Positions 63,803 through 64,000 of a stretch of 64,000 bases of DNA are shown piece after piece. Both the position numbers and the translations under genes were made by a program. Position 1 is the stretch's first letter. Every line of letters starts with the position of its first letter. The DNA comes from a virus, in UHGV virus genome UHGV-0092003; one strand, 5' to 3'. The notes below the pieces were generated by a model that worked only from the letters and a program-made list of their open reading frames with translations, made no database searches and was not told the DNA's origin.

Positions 63803-64000
63803 ATGATCACTATCGAATGCACAGGTACACGTCCGGGCATCAACTGGTTCACTCCGGGCAAAAAATACTCTGGATATGCTGACGCAGACGGACAAGCCAT
63901 CCATACGAAAGACGACTTCGGTCGCGATACGTTCGTCTTTTTTGCTGCGTCCCTTCATGGCACATTCATAGAGGTAAAAAACAGTGACATTACAGCGTAA
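63803..64000 (+). CDS. hypothetical protein, 3'-truncated at window edge
   Basis: RBS context TAAGGCAAAACATG; ORF open to the window end. Confidence 0.35.
   Translation: MITIECTGTRPGINWFTPGKKYSGYADADGQAIHTKDDFGRDTFVFFAASLHGTFIEVKNSDITA

Overview
The window is a contiguous segment of a large tailed-phage genome, possibly a phage-plasmid, with four parts.

**1–27.5 kb: lambda-like siphoviral structural module.** It begins with the 3' end of a capsid-like gene, followed by Ig-like (Big_2) proteins and head–tail joining genes. The tail genes run in lambda order: tube (V-like), G/T chaperone pair, a 1512-aa tape measure, then M-, L-, K- and I-like genes. They are followed by a 4296-aa J-like central fibre and a side fibre with a C-terminal S74-type auto-chaperone.

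**27.6–29.1 kb: lysis cassette.** Candidate holin, endolysin-like protein, and embedded i- and o-spanins.

**29.1–33.2 kb: accessory island.** A minus-strand GNAT toxin with a DUF1778 antitoxin, a ParA/ParB-like partition pair, and AT-rich genes for secreted proteins.

**33.2–64 kb: replication and recombination module.** DnaB-like helicase, DnaG-like primase, ATP-dependent DNA ligase, PhoH, glutaredoxin, tyrosine recombinase, an XRE-family regulator, a CobT/CobS-like vWA–MoxR pair, a DnaE-type polymerase split into two ORFs, a gp32-like SSB, FEN, a RecA-family recombinase and an SPFH lipoprotein. A ~1.1-kb structured non-coding region carries tRNA-like elements.

Recurrent non-coding signals stand out:
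- A palindrome family, ATAAGTAA-N4-TTACTTAT and variants, in at least 15 intergenic sites.
- A second dyad, GAAAACA-N3-TGTTTTC, at 5 sites.
- A near-invariant translation-initiation context, AAGGAAAACACATG.
- A duplicated ~48-bp hairpin and RBS element after the two giant tail genes.
- A LexA-box-like site at the integrase.

There is also a canonical −1 slippery site that would fuse the tail tube to an Ig-like domain. The lambda-like tail with a ParAB and large DNA-metabolism module resembles SSU5/pHCM2-type phage-plasmids; this is inference, with no database search run.
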